Source: an uncultured Bacteroidota bacterium (GTDB lineage: Bacteria; Bacteroidota; Bacteroidia; Flavobacteriales; Flavobacteriaceae). Taken from it: 64,000 nucleotides of DNA. Both the position numbers and the translations under genes were made by a program. The first letter of the stretch is position 1, and every line of letters starts with the position of its first letter. Where the stretch lies: the NCBI GenBank assembly GCA_913047695.1, contig CAJWUI010000004.1, forward strand, positions 94,606 to 158,605, read 5' to 3'. Below, in pieces: positions 8,360-17,199 of the stretch. Below the pieces are notes generated by a model. The model was not told where the DNA came from. It searched no databases and was given only the letters and a program-made list of their open reading frames with translations.

Positions 8360-8755
8360 ATGCTCATAACCATGAATCAAAATCTAACTTTTACTTTACT
8401 AATAATGCTATTTGCGTTAAATCTATTTGCTCAAAAAGAATCAGTTTTTCTCAATTACAAATCAGACATTCCTTTTCAAACATCTATAGACAACGATTAC
8501 TATCATCTAGAAGCAACACTTATGATTAGAAATATCTTAAAAGATATTGAGGGAGTGTTAAAGAAAAAACAAAATACAAATAAACAGGTCGAATTCACAG
8601 TTATTATTCAAAATGATAAAGGGGCTGTTCTCCCAATTAATTATCTAGTAAAGCCAAATCCATATGATTCTAAATCTTCTAAAGAAGTTTTTCTTCGAAG
8701 ATCCTATAACTGGTTTAATAGGTCTTTCAGATCAAACATTCCGTATACTAATTAA
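8360..8755 (+). CDS. Small hypothetical secreted protein (the start may be the internal ATG at 8372)
   Basis: ORF with an N-terminal hydrophobic signal-like segment (NLTFTLLIMLFALNLFAQ). I recognise no family. It is divergent from the giant surface-protein gene. Confidence 0.45.
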   Translation: MLITMNQNLTFTLLIMLFALNLFAQKESVFLNYKSDIPFQTSIDNDYYHLEATLMIRNILKDIEGVLKKKQNTNKQVEFTVIIQNDKGAVLPINYLVKPNPYDSKSSKEVFLRRSYNWFNRSFRSNIPYTN

Positions 8756-8807
8756 AAAAATCCTTTTATAACATTTTTTCATTACTATTAATATTAGTTA
8801 TATTTAG

Positions 8808-9065
8808 ATGATGAGTAAAAAGGCACAATCGTATTGGAAAGTAAACCTCAAATACTTAGCAATTTTACTTTCAATTTGGTTTTTAGTCTCCTTTATTTTT
8901 GGAATTGCTTTTGCTGAATCACTAAACCAATTTAATATAGCAGGATTCCCACTTGGTTTTTGGTTTGCTCACCAAGGATCTATTTACACTTTTGTTATTT
9001 TAATTTTTGTTTATGTTTATTTAATGAACAAACTCGATAAAAAATTTGATGTTGATGAAAATTAA
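8808..9065 (+). CDS. DUF4212-type small membrane subunit of a Na+/solute symporter
   Basis: 85 aa with two TM segments, placed immediately upstream of an SSS-family permease. This is the typical small-subunit/large-subunit pairing. Confidence 0.7.
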   Translation: MMSKKAQSYWKVNLKYLAILLSIWFLVSFIFGIAFAESLNQFNIAGFPLGFWFAHQGSIYTFVILIFVYVYLMNKLDKKFDVDEN

Positions 9066-9080
9066 GGCTTTGCAAATTAT

Positions 9081-10778
9081 ATGAGTGCTCAATTTTGGAC
9101 CTATCTTCTTGTAGGCTTTACTTTTTTTATTTACATACTAATTGCAATTGTATCAAGAGCTGGGTCAACAAAAGAATTTTATGTAGCAGGTGGTGGTGTT
9201 AATCCTATTGCTAACGGAATGGCTACTGCCGCAGATTGGATGTCTGCTGCATCTTTTTTGTCTATGGCGGGTCTAATTGCTTTTATGGGTTTTTCTGGGG
9301 GACAGTATTTGATGGGGTGGACAGGCGGATATGTGCTTTTAGCACTCTTATTAGCTCCTTACTTAAGAAAATTTGGAAAATTTACAGTACCTGATTTTAT
9401 TGGTGAACGCTACTATTCAAAAAATGCAAGACTTGTAGCATTGATATGCGCTTTATTTGTTTCATTCACTTATGTGGTAGGGCAGATGAAAGGAGTAGGA
9501 GTAGCTTTTGCTCGATTTTTAAATGTTCCATTTGATACAGGAGTTTTAATTGGAATTGGAATTGTTTTTTTTTATGCAGTATTGGGAGGTATGAAAGGAA
9601 TTACTTACACTCAAGTAGCACAATTTTGTGTTCTTATTTTTGCCTTTACCGTACCAGCCATATTTATCTCATTACAAATGACTGGAAATCCTGTTCCTCA
9701 AATTGGTTTTGGATCAAAGGGTAATGATGGTGTTTATCTTTTAGAAAAACTAAACCAGTTATCGGTGGATTTAGGATTTGATGCCTATACCTCTGTAAAT
9801 AGAGACAACCTAGTTAATATGTTTTTTATAACCGGAGCTTTGATGTTTGGAACAGCTGGGTTGCCGCATGTGATAGTCCGTTTTTTTACAGTACCTCGAG
9901 TAAAAGATGCTCGTATTTCAGCAGGTTGGGCACTTCTATTTATAGCTATATTATACACAACTGCCCCAGCAGTAGCTGTATTTGCAAGAACTAATCTAAT
10001 TAATACTCTATCTAATGCAAAATATCAAGATGCCCCTATCTGGTTTAAAAATTGGGAGAAAACGGGTTTGTTAACTTTCGAGGACAAAAATAATGATGGT
10101 AAAATTCAATATGTTGCAGATGCAAATCTAAATGAGCTTAAAGTAGATCAAGATATTATAGTATTAGCAAATCCTGAAATTGCTAATTTACCTCCTTGGG
10201 TTATTGGGTTGGTGGTAGCAGGTGGATTAGCAGCTGCACTATCAACAGCAGCTGGGTTATTACTTGTTATATCAACTTCTATTTCACACGATTTATTGAA
10301 AAATTATTTACGTCCTGATATAAGTGAAAAAGGGGAACTTTACGCAGCAAGAATTGCTATTGCAGTAGCAGTAGTTGCTGCTGGACTTGCAGGATTAAAT
10401 CCACCTGGATTTGTAGCACAAGTTGTTGCATTGGCATTTGGTTTAGCAGCCTCTTCTTTTTTTCCAGCAATAATTCTAGGGATTTTTGATAAAAGGATGA
10501 ATAGAGAAGGAGCAATATCAGGAATGATAATAGGAATTTTATTCACAGCCTCTTATATAATTCACTTTAAACCTCAGCTTGGAGGAACGGGAATTCCAGA
10601 TGATTTCTGGTGGGGTATTTCACCAGAAGGAATAGGGACTTTGGGTATGTTAATCAATTTTGTTTTCGCAATTTCAGTTTCTCGATTAACAACTAAGCCA
10701 CCTAAAGATGTTCAAGAATTAACAGAAAGCATTAGAACTCCAAGAGGATCAATAACCCCAAAAAATTCATTACATTAA
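9081..10778 (+). CDS. Sodium:solute symporter family permease, cation/acetate symporter-like (VC_2705-type large subunit)
   Basis: 565-aa polytopic protein of SSS-family character (..GGYVLLALLLAPYLRKFGKFTVPDFIGERY..). It lies between a DUF4212 gene and acs. Confidence 0.8.
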   Translation: MSAQFWTYLLVGFTFFIYILIAIVSRAGSTKEFYVAGGGVNPIANGMATAADWMSAASFLSMAGLIAFMGFSGGQYLMGWTGGYVLLALLLAPYLRKFGKFTVPDFIGERYYSKNARLVALICALFVSFTYVVGQMKGVGVAFARFLNVPFDTGVLIGIGIVFFYAVLGGMKGITYTQVAQFCVLIFAFTVPAIFISLQMTGNPVPQIGFGSKGNDGVYLLEKLNQLSVDLGFDAYTSVNRDNLVNMFFITGALMFGTAGLPHVIVRFFTVPRVKDARISAGWALLFIAILYTTAPAVAVFARTNLINTLSNAKYQDAPIWFKNWEKTGLLTFEDKNNDGKIQYVADANLNELKVDQDIIVLANPEIANLPPWVIGLVVAGGLAAALSTAAGLLLVISTSISHDLLKNYLRPDISEKGELYAARIAIAVAVVAAGLAGLNPPGFVAQVVALAFGLAASSFFPAIILGIFDKRMNREGAISGMIIGILFTASYIIHFKPQLGGTGIPDDFWWGISPEGIGTLGMLINFVFAISVSRLTTKPPKDVQELTESIRTPRGSITPKNSLH

Positions 10779-10803
10779 TTCATTAATTTAAGATTTTAGT
10801 AAA

Positions 10804-12702
10804 ATGATGGAAAAAATTAATTCTCTTTCAGCTTATTTTAAAGAATATGAAAACAGCATAGAAGATCCTAAAAATTTTTGGTCTGAAATTGCAAAAACTT
10901 TCCAGTGGCAAAAGACATGGGACAACACATTTTCATGGAATTTTAATGGACCTGACGTGAAATGGTTTGAAAATGCTAAGCTAAATATAACTGAAAATGT
11001 TTTTGAAAGAAATCTTCCTACTCATTCTGAAAAAACAGCAATAATATGGGAGCCTAATGATCCCAATGAAAAATCGATTCACATTTCATATAAAGAGCTT
11101 TTTGAAAAAACGTGTCAATTTTCTAATGCGTTAGAAGCTAATGGGATTAAAAAAGGCGATCGGATAATAATTTATATGCCAATGATACCTGAGGCTGCTA
11201 TTGCGATGCTAGCGTGTGCGAGGATTGGCGCTGTACATTCTGTAGTTTTTGCTGGTTTTTCATCTTCGGCTCTAGCAGACAGAATCAATGATTGTCAAGC
11301 AAAAATGGTACTTACCTCAGATGGAAATTATAGAGGAGCGAAAAATATTGAAGTAAAAGCAGTTGTTGATGAAGCTTTAGAAAAAACAAATACTGTTGAA
11401 AAGGTAATTGTATGTAATAGGACTGGCTCTAAGGTGCAAATGAAAACAGGTAGAGATTTATGGTGGCATGATGTAATAAAAAACCAAAGCTTACATCATA
11501 AAGCGGCTTCACTAGATTCAGAGGACTTGTTATTCATACTTTATACATCTGGATCAACAGGTAAACCTAAAGGTGTTGTTCACACCACAGCTGGTTACAT
11601 GGTTTATGCGCAATATTCTTTTTTAAATGTATTTCAATATGAACAAGACGACATTTATTGGTGTACAGCTGATATTGGATGGATAACAGGACATTCCTAT
11701 ATAATTTATGGACCTTTACTAAGTGGAGCAACTACAATTATGTTTGAGGGAATACCAACTTATCCTCATCCAGGGCGTTTTTGGGAAATAGTTGACAAGT
11801 ATAAAGTCAATCAATTTTATACTGCTCCAACAGCCATAAGAGCACTGCAGGCTAAAGGTTTAGAACCTATTTCACCATACAAGCTAGATTCGTTAAAAGT
11901 TATAGGATCTGTTGGAGAGCCAATTAATGAAGAAGCATGGCATTGGTATCATGATAATATAGGGAAAGGGAATTGCCCACTAGTTGATACCTGGTGGCAA
12001 ACTGAAACTGGTGGCATAATGATATCACCATTAGCTGGAATTACGCCAAATAAACCAGCTCACGCATCGTTCCCCTTACCTGGAGTACAACCAGTAATTT
12101 TGGATCCTGAGGGTAACGAATTAAAAGGGAACAATGTAGAAGGAAACTTATGCATCAAATTTCCCTGGCCTTCAATGATAAGAACAACTTATGGAGATCA
12201 CAAAAGGTGTAAAGACACCTATTTCTCAACTTATCCGGGGATGTACTTTACAGGTGATGGTGTTAAAAGGGATCACGATGGATATTTAAGAATATTAGGA
12301 CGTGTTGATGATGTAATGAATGTCTCTGGACATCGATTGGGAACTGCTGAGGTAGAAAATGCAATAAATCAGCATTCAAGCGTAATTGAGTCAGCGGTAG
12401 TTGGATATCCCCACGAGATAAAGGGTCAAGGGATTTATGCTTATGTTATTTGTAACATAAATGACCAGACCGAATCAGATTTGATTAAAGAAATTATTAG
12501 TACTGTCAGCAAAATTATTGGACCAATAGCAAAACCGGATAAAGTTCAAATAGTGTCTGGACTTCCTAAAACAAGATCAGGAAAAATAATGAGGCGTATT
12601 TTAAGAAAGGTTGCAAGTAAAGATTTTTCAAATTTAGGAGATACCTCAACACTTCTAAATCCAGATGTGGTTGATGAAATTATAAAAGGAGCCAATATTT
12701 AG
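10804..12702 (+). CDS. acs: Acetyl-CoA synthetase (AMP-forming)
   Basis: 632 aa. AMP-binding motif YTSGSTGKPKGVVHT, plus WWQTETGG and a typical Acs C-terminus with ..PKTRSGKIMRRILRK. Confidence 0.95.
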   Translation: MMEKINSLSAYFKEYENSIEDPKNFWSEIAKTFQWQKTWDNTFSWNFNGPDVKWFENAKLNITENVFERNLPTHSEKTAIIWEPNDPNEKSIHISYKELFEKTCQFSNALEANGIKKGDRIIIYMPMIPEAAIAMLACARIGAVHSVVFAGFSSSALADRINDCQAKMVLTSDGNYRGAKNIEVKAVVDEALEKTNTVEKVIVCNRTGSKVQMKTGRDLWWHDVIKNQSLHHKAASLDSEDLLFILYTSGSTGKPKGVVHTTAGYMVYAQYSFLNVFQYEQDDIYWCTADIGWITGHSYIIYGPLLSGATTIMFEGIPTYPHPGRFWEIVDKYKVNQFYTAPTAIRALQAKGLEPISPYKLDSLKVIGSVGEPINEEAWHWYHDNIGKGNCPLVDTWWQTETGGIMISPLAGITPNKPAHASFPLPGVQPVILDPEGNELKGNNVEGNLCIKFPWPSMIRTTYGDHKRCKDTYFSTYPGMYFTGDGVKRDHDGYLRILGRVDDVMNVSGHRLGTAEVENAINQHSSVIESAVVGYPHEIKGQGIYAYVICNINDQTESDLIKEIISTVSKIIGPIAKPDKVQIVSGLPKTRSGKIMRRILRKVASKDFSNLGDTSTLLNPDVVDEIIKGANI

Positions 12703-12716
12703 AATCACAGTGAATT

Positions 12717-14012
12717 TTAAAGTGACTTAAAAAAGGGCATTAGTTTTTCCAATTTCATTGAACGAGATCCTTTAATTAATACTGATTCGAAATGTACCTT
12801 AGATTTTTCAAATGAATCTATAAACTGTTCAATATTAGAAAATTTTTCAATTTTTTCATTATTTACTTTTGTACTCATAAAGTTAGAACCAATTGTAAAA
12901 ATCTTTGTAATACCTAAACTTAAGCACTTGTTTAGAATATTTTCGTGTTCAGTAAAAGTTTGTTTTCCCAATTCAAACATATCTCCAAGAATAACTAAAT
13001 TATTTGTAGAATATTTGTCACAAAATGAGTCAAGTGCAACACCCATACTTGTTGGATTAGCATTATAGGCATCTAAAATAAAGGGAGTTTTGTTAATTAT
13101 TATTTTTTCTGAACGATTATTTTTTGAATCGTAAGATGCTATTGCTTTTTGAATCTTGTTTAAATCAACTTCAAATAAAATTCCGAATGATAATGCAGCT
13201 GCAATATTTTCAAAATTGTAATTTCCATGAATAGGACTTTTAAATTTATGTTTTTTAAAAACAACCGATAGACCGTTTTTTGACTCTAAGTATTCTATTT
13301 TAATATCACATTCACTTTTACTTCCAAAAAAAAATCTTGTGTATTTTTTTGTTTTATCAACTTGAATTAAGTCATCTTTATTAACTAAAATTTTCCCTTT
13401 ATTTTTTCCAAGATATTCGTACAATTCTGATTTACCAATTATTACTCCTTCTTCAGACCCAAAACCCTCGAGATGTGCTTTACCAAAATTTGTTATATAA
13501 CCCCAATTTGGTTCAGCTATCGAGCATAATTTTTCTATTTCCTTTTGATGATTAGCTCCCATTTCGATAATTGCAACTTCGTGATTTTTTGAAATTTGAA
13601 GTATAGTGATTGGGACACCAATGTGATTATTCATGTTACCATGTGTTGAATGGACTAAAAATTTTTGAGATAAAACTTCGTGAATCAATTCTTTAGTTGT
13701 TGTCTTTCCATTACTTCCTGTAATTGCTATAATGGGAATTTTTAATTGCTTTCTGTGGTGTAGAGCTAAATTTTGAAGTGCATTTAGAGAATCCTCAACC
13801 AAAAAAAATTTATCATTGATTTCTAAAGAATTTGCATTATCAACTACAACATATGAAGCTCCTTTTTTTAAAGCATCTTTTGCAAATTTATTACCATCAA
13901 AATTTGGTCCTTTCAGTGCAAAAAAAAGTGATCCTTTTTTTATCGAGCGAGAATCAATACTTACACCAGAAGATTCTAGGTAAGCGTTATAAATTTGGTT
14001 TGAATTTTCCAT
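12717..14012 (-). CDS. murF: UDP-N-acetylmuramoyl-tripeptide--D-alanyl-D-alanine ligase
   Basis: Mur ligase with P-loop TGSNGKTTTKE. MurF-like N-terminus (..SIDSRSIKKGSLFFALKGPNFDGNKFA..). Confidence 0.85.
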   Translation of the reverse strand: MENSNQIYNAYLESSGVSIDSRSIKKGSLFFALKGPNFDGNKFAKDALKKGASYVVVDNANSLEINDKFFLVEDSLNALQNLALHHRKQLKIPIIAITGSNGKTTTKELIHEVLSQKFLVHSTHGNMNNHIGVPITILQISKNHEVAIIEMGANHQKEIEKLCSIAEPNWGYITNFGKAHLEGFGSEEGVIIGKSELYEYLGKNKGKILVNKDDLIQVDKTKKYTRFFFGSKSECDIKIEYLESKNGLSVVFKKHKFKSPIHGNYNFENIAAALSFGILFEVDLNKIQKAIASYDSKNNRSEKIIINKTPFILDAYNANPTSMGVALDSFCDKYSTNNLVILGDMFELGKQTFTEHENILNKCLSLGITKIFTIGSNFMSTKVNNEKIEKFSNIEQFIDSFEKSKVHFESVLIKGSRSMKLEKLMPFFKSL

Positions 14013-14015
14013 TGT

Positions 14016-14052
14016 AAAAAAAAAGCATCTAAATAAAAGATGCTTGTTTTTT
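14016..14052 (-). terminator. Rho-independent terminator after gldJ (symmetrical, so potentially bidirectional)
   Basis: 8-bp stem AAGCATCT (14023-14030) / AGATGCTT (14038-14045) with a 7-nt loop. It is flanked by an A run on the plus strand (a T run on the minus-strand transcript) and by GTTTTTT on the other side. It sits in the 44-nt gldJ-murF spacer. Confidence 0.65.
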
Positions 14053-14056
14053 AATT

Positions 14057-15727
14057 TTACCCTTTCCTTTTATGGCGAGCTCTTTTCTTATTTTGGCTTT
14101 TTGAACCTAGTCTAGACATAGCACATCTGAAGCCTATGTAATCTGTAGCAATATATTGTGGCAAATATCTTCTTTGAGCTGGATCAAGCCAATATGCTCT
14201 ATCTTTCCATGAACCTCCCTTATAAACCCTTACTTCATCAGTAATTAAGGTAGTTCTATTTGGGTTCCTATCGTATTCGCGAACTAGTTCTCCATCAGCA
14301 TTTAAAGTGACTTTTGGAGGAGTTGGAGCGTCATACATTTGTGTAGTTTCAGGCTTTTGGTCAATACCTTCTTCAGGCTTTCCAGAAGCAAAGTTTCTTG
14401 TTGATTCTGTGTCACCATCCCTAAAGTTCCGATTATCACTCTCAGAAAAATTTTCTCTTAAAAATGTTTCATTCTCGTCGATAGCTACTTGCTCAAGTTC
14501 TCCAGGCAGACGCTTAAGTAAAACCTTACCATTGGGAAGGGTATCAAATATTAATTGGTCGGCCGCAATTATTACAGCCTTGCCATCTTCCCCTATTACA
14601 GATTTTGTATAAACATTACCACGGTAGTAATTAAAGTCGTTTGCTTCATCGTCTACTATTGGTCTATATACGTCAGAAACCCATTCAGCCACATTACCAG
14701 CCATATCATAAACACCAAAGTCATTAGGGGGATACTGTTTTACTTGAATAGTAATATCTGCACCGTCATCTGACCATCCCGCTATTCCGCCATAATCTCC
14801 TTTACCAAGCTTGAAGTTAGCTAGTTGATCACCTTCTGTTCTTCGATCACTTGATCTAGTATACTCTCCTGACCAAGGATATTTCTTTTTTCCTCTATAA
14901 TTGTTGTATTCACGATCACCCACAAGAGCTAGAGCGGCATACTCCCATTCAGCTTCGGTTGGTAATCTATATGATGGTAAAAGAACTCCTTTTTCTACAC
15001 CTGCATATACTTTAACAATTGAGTCTCCCTTTTTTTCTTCCCCTCTTTTTCCAACTAAACTATCCATTTTTCCTGCATAAGATGTTTCTGGCCTTTTAAG
15101 ATAGGCGTCGGTATTGAATGTACTGTTAGTTTCAACCTCATTGTATCTGACATCTTTTTGAACAAAAGCTTCTCGCTCAAGAATAAATTCGTTTACCCTA
15201 TCTGTTCTCCATTCTGCAAACTGAACAGCTTGAAGCCAATTAACACCCACAACAGGATATTCTGCATAAGCAGGATGACGAAGGTAATTAGTTGTTAATT
15301 CTTCAACGTAACCTAACTGACTCCTCCACACTAATGTATCTGGTAGTGCTCCTTCATATATTTGTCTGTAACGTGGCTCTTGTGTAGGAAAAACAAATTC
15401 CAACCAATCAAGGTATTCCATATACATTAGATTCGTAACCTCAGTTTCATCAATATAAAATGACATAACATGTTGTTTTGTTGGTGAATTGTTCCAATCA
15501 TGCATTACATCATCTTGTACTTGACCTTTTGTGTAAGTGCCACCCTCTATGAAAACTAGACCTGGACCAGTTTCTTGGTCATTAAATTCAGTATTATATT
15601 GAAATCCACCTTTTTTAGAGTTTATATCCCAACCAGTGCCTCGTGATGTATTTCCTCCACCACAACTCGTGACAAATAAGCCTCCTAGGATCATTAAAAA
15701 AAGTTGTTTAAAGTTACTAAAGTTCAT
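14057..15727 (-). CDS. gldJ: Gliding motility / T9SS lipoprotein GldJ (FGE-sulfatase-like fold)
   Basis: Lipoprotein signal ..GGLFVTSCGG. The N-terminus TGWDINSKKGGFQYN...GLVFIEGGTYTKGQ and ..YPVVGVNWLQA.. are typical of GldJ. It is adjacent to murF, as in other flavobacteria. Confidence 0.9.
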   Translation of the reverse strand: MNFSNFKQLFLMILGGLFVTSCGGGNTSRGTGWDINSKKGGFQYNTEFNDQETGPGLVFIEGGTYTKGQVQDDVMHDWNNSPTKQHVMSFYIDETEVTNLMYMEYLDWLEFVFPTQEPRYRQIYEGALPDTLVWRSQLGYVEELTTNYLRHPAYAEYPVVGVNWLQAVQFAEWRTDRVNEFILEREAFVQKDVRYNEVETNSTFNTDAYLKRPETSYAGKMDSLVGKRGEEKKGDSIVKVYAGVEKGVLLPSYRLPTEAEWEYAALALVGDREYNNYRGKKKYPWSGEYTRSSDRRTEGDQLANFKLGKGDYGGIAGWSDDGADITIQVKQYPPNDFGVYDMAGNVAEWVSDVYRPIVDDEANDFNYYRGNVYTKSVIGEDGKAVIIAADQLIFDTLPNGKVLLKRLPGELEQVAIDENETFLRENFSESDNRNFRDGDTESTRNFASGKPEEGIDQKPETTQMYDAPTPPKVTLNADGELVREYDRNPNRTTLITDEVRVYKGGSWKDRAYWLDPAQRRYLPQYIATDYIGFRCAMSRLGSKSQNKKRARHKRKG

Positions 15728-15926
15728 TTTTAGTATTAATTAATATAAATCGTTCTGCAATATACAAATAATCAAATTTGGTTTATTTACAGAAATCATA
15801 ATATGTTCTATCAGAATAACGACTAATCTTTTAAAATATTGCTCTCACTTTTAACATGGCCCTACTTTTTCTAAAAGTTGTACAAGATTTTAGGAAAAAT
15901 TTCGTTTTTAAAGGGAAATTTAAGGC

Positions 15927-17114
15927 ATGAGATTTGTTTTATTTTTATTATTTACTTTCTGTATCGTAGCACATAAGAATTTTTCCCAAAATTCTAATCG
16001 TGTAGTCACGACAGGTGTTCCTTTCGTTATGATAACAGCTGACGCGCGTGCAGCAGGAATGGGAGAGTTAGGAGTAGCAACATCGGCTGATAACTACTCT
16101 CAATATTGGAATCCAGCAAAATATGCTTTTGCGTCAAACGAAAAAGGGATTGGACTCAGTTATACGCCCTATCTAAGCAAGTTAGTTGATGATATTTTTC
16201 TTGGGAATATACTTTTTTTTAAAAAAATTGATGATAGAAGTTCATGGGCAACTGGCCTAAGATATTTTAGTCTTGGTGAGATTCAATTTAATGAATTTAT
16301 TGCTGGTTCAATAGTAGATCAAGGTATTGAGCGACCATCTGAATTAACACTAGATTTATCGTATGCACTAAAATTAAGTAATGAATTTTCTATGTCAGTA
16401 GCGGGACGTTTTATTTACTCAGATTTAAAAGTTGCTGTTGACGCAGACACCTCGTCAGCGAGCTCACTAGGAATAGATATATCTGCTTTTTACCAAAGTG
16501 AAATTTTTAAAATGAGTTCAAATTCTGCACTTATCAGGTCAGGAATTAATATATCTAACATCGGACCAAGATTAAATTATGAATCAGGAACTCAAAAAAG
16601 TTTTATTCCAACAAACCTGAGATTAGGTGCAGGATTTGATATTTTATTTGATGATGACAATACATTAGGTTTCTACACTGAATTAAGTAAACTTTTAGTA
16701 CCAACACCAGTTGCAATTTATGACTCAAATCAAAATCTATTAGGGTACAAGCAACCAGATATAGACTTTATAAATGGAATTTTTAGATCTTTTTCTGATG
16801 CACCGGGAGGTTTATCCGAGGAATTAAGTGAAATAACAATGGCATTTGGATTAGAATACTGCTTTCAAGATTCTCTGTCAATAAGAACAGGGTTTTTCAA
16901 TGAAAGCCAAAATAAAGGTTCACGAAGATATTTAACAATGGGTGCTGGATTTAATCTCAATTTTTTTGAAATTGACCTTTCTTATTTATTTTCAACTTCC
17001 CGAGTTAGAAATCCTCTGGAAAATACGATTCGTTTTTCTCTATCTATAAATCTAGACCAAACTTCTTCTCAAGAACCTAATGAGAATATTAATAATAGCG
17101 ATAATGGAGAATAA
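15927..17114 (+). CDS. porV: T9SS outer-membrane shuttle/channel protein PorV (LptO)
   Basis: Signal peptide followed by ..VVTTGVPFVMITADARAAGMGELGVATSADNYSQYWNPAKYAF.., the characteristic PorV N-terminal block. The remainder looks beta-barrel-like. Confidence 0.85.
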   Translation: MRFVLFLLFTFCIVAHKNFSQNSNRVVTTGVPFVMITADARAAGMGELGVATSADNYSQYWNPAKYAFASNEKGIGLSYTPYLSKLVDDIFLGNILFFKKIDDRSSWATGLRYFSLGEIQFNEFIAGSIVDQGIERPSELTLDLSYALKLSNEFSMSVAGRFIYSDLKVAVDADTSSASSLGIDISAFYQSEIFKMSSNSALIRSGINISNIGPRLNYESGTQKSFIPTNLRLGAGFDILFDDDNTLGFYTELSKLLVPTPVAIYDSNQNLLGYKQPDIDFINGIFRSFSDAPGGLSEELSEITMAFGLEYCFQDSLSIRTGFFNESQNKGSRRYLTMGAGFNLNFFEIDLSYLFSTSRVRNPLENTIRFSLSINLDQTSSQEPNENINNSDNGE

Positions 17115-17166
17115 CAGAATAATATAAATAATTAATGACTCAATTTAAACCAGAATTAATTAATTT

Positions 17167-17174
17167 TATATTTG
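17167..17174 (+). promoter_or_regulatory. Putative Bacteroidetes sigma-A -7 box upstream of pdhA
   Basis: TATATTTG is an exact match to the TAnnTTTG consensus. It ends 25 nt before the pdhA ATG. Confidence 0.3.
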
Positions 17175-17199
17175 ATTAATGGATGAATATTAGGATTTT

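Noticed and set aside
8326-8529. A 67-aa plus-strand ORF overlapping the start of the 131-aa ORF in another frame
   Set aside because: The overlapping 8360-8755 frame is longer and has a signal-peptide-like N-terminus, while this one has neither. Confidence in either ORF is only moderate.
14307-14612. Long antisense or alternate-frame ORFs inside well-supported genes: 14307-14612 in gldJ, 30752-31090 in dcp, 57634-57969 in murD, 60877-61197 in murC, 63149-63475 in ftsA, and others of 60-110 aa
   Set aside because: Each is embedded in a gene with strong family motifs on the other strand or in another frame. None has motifs, signal sequences or independent context.
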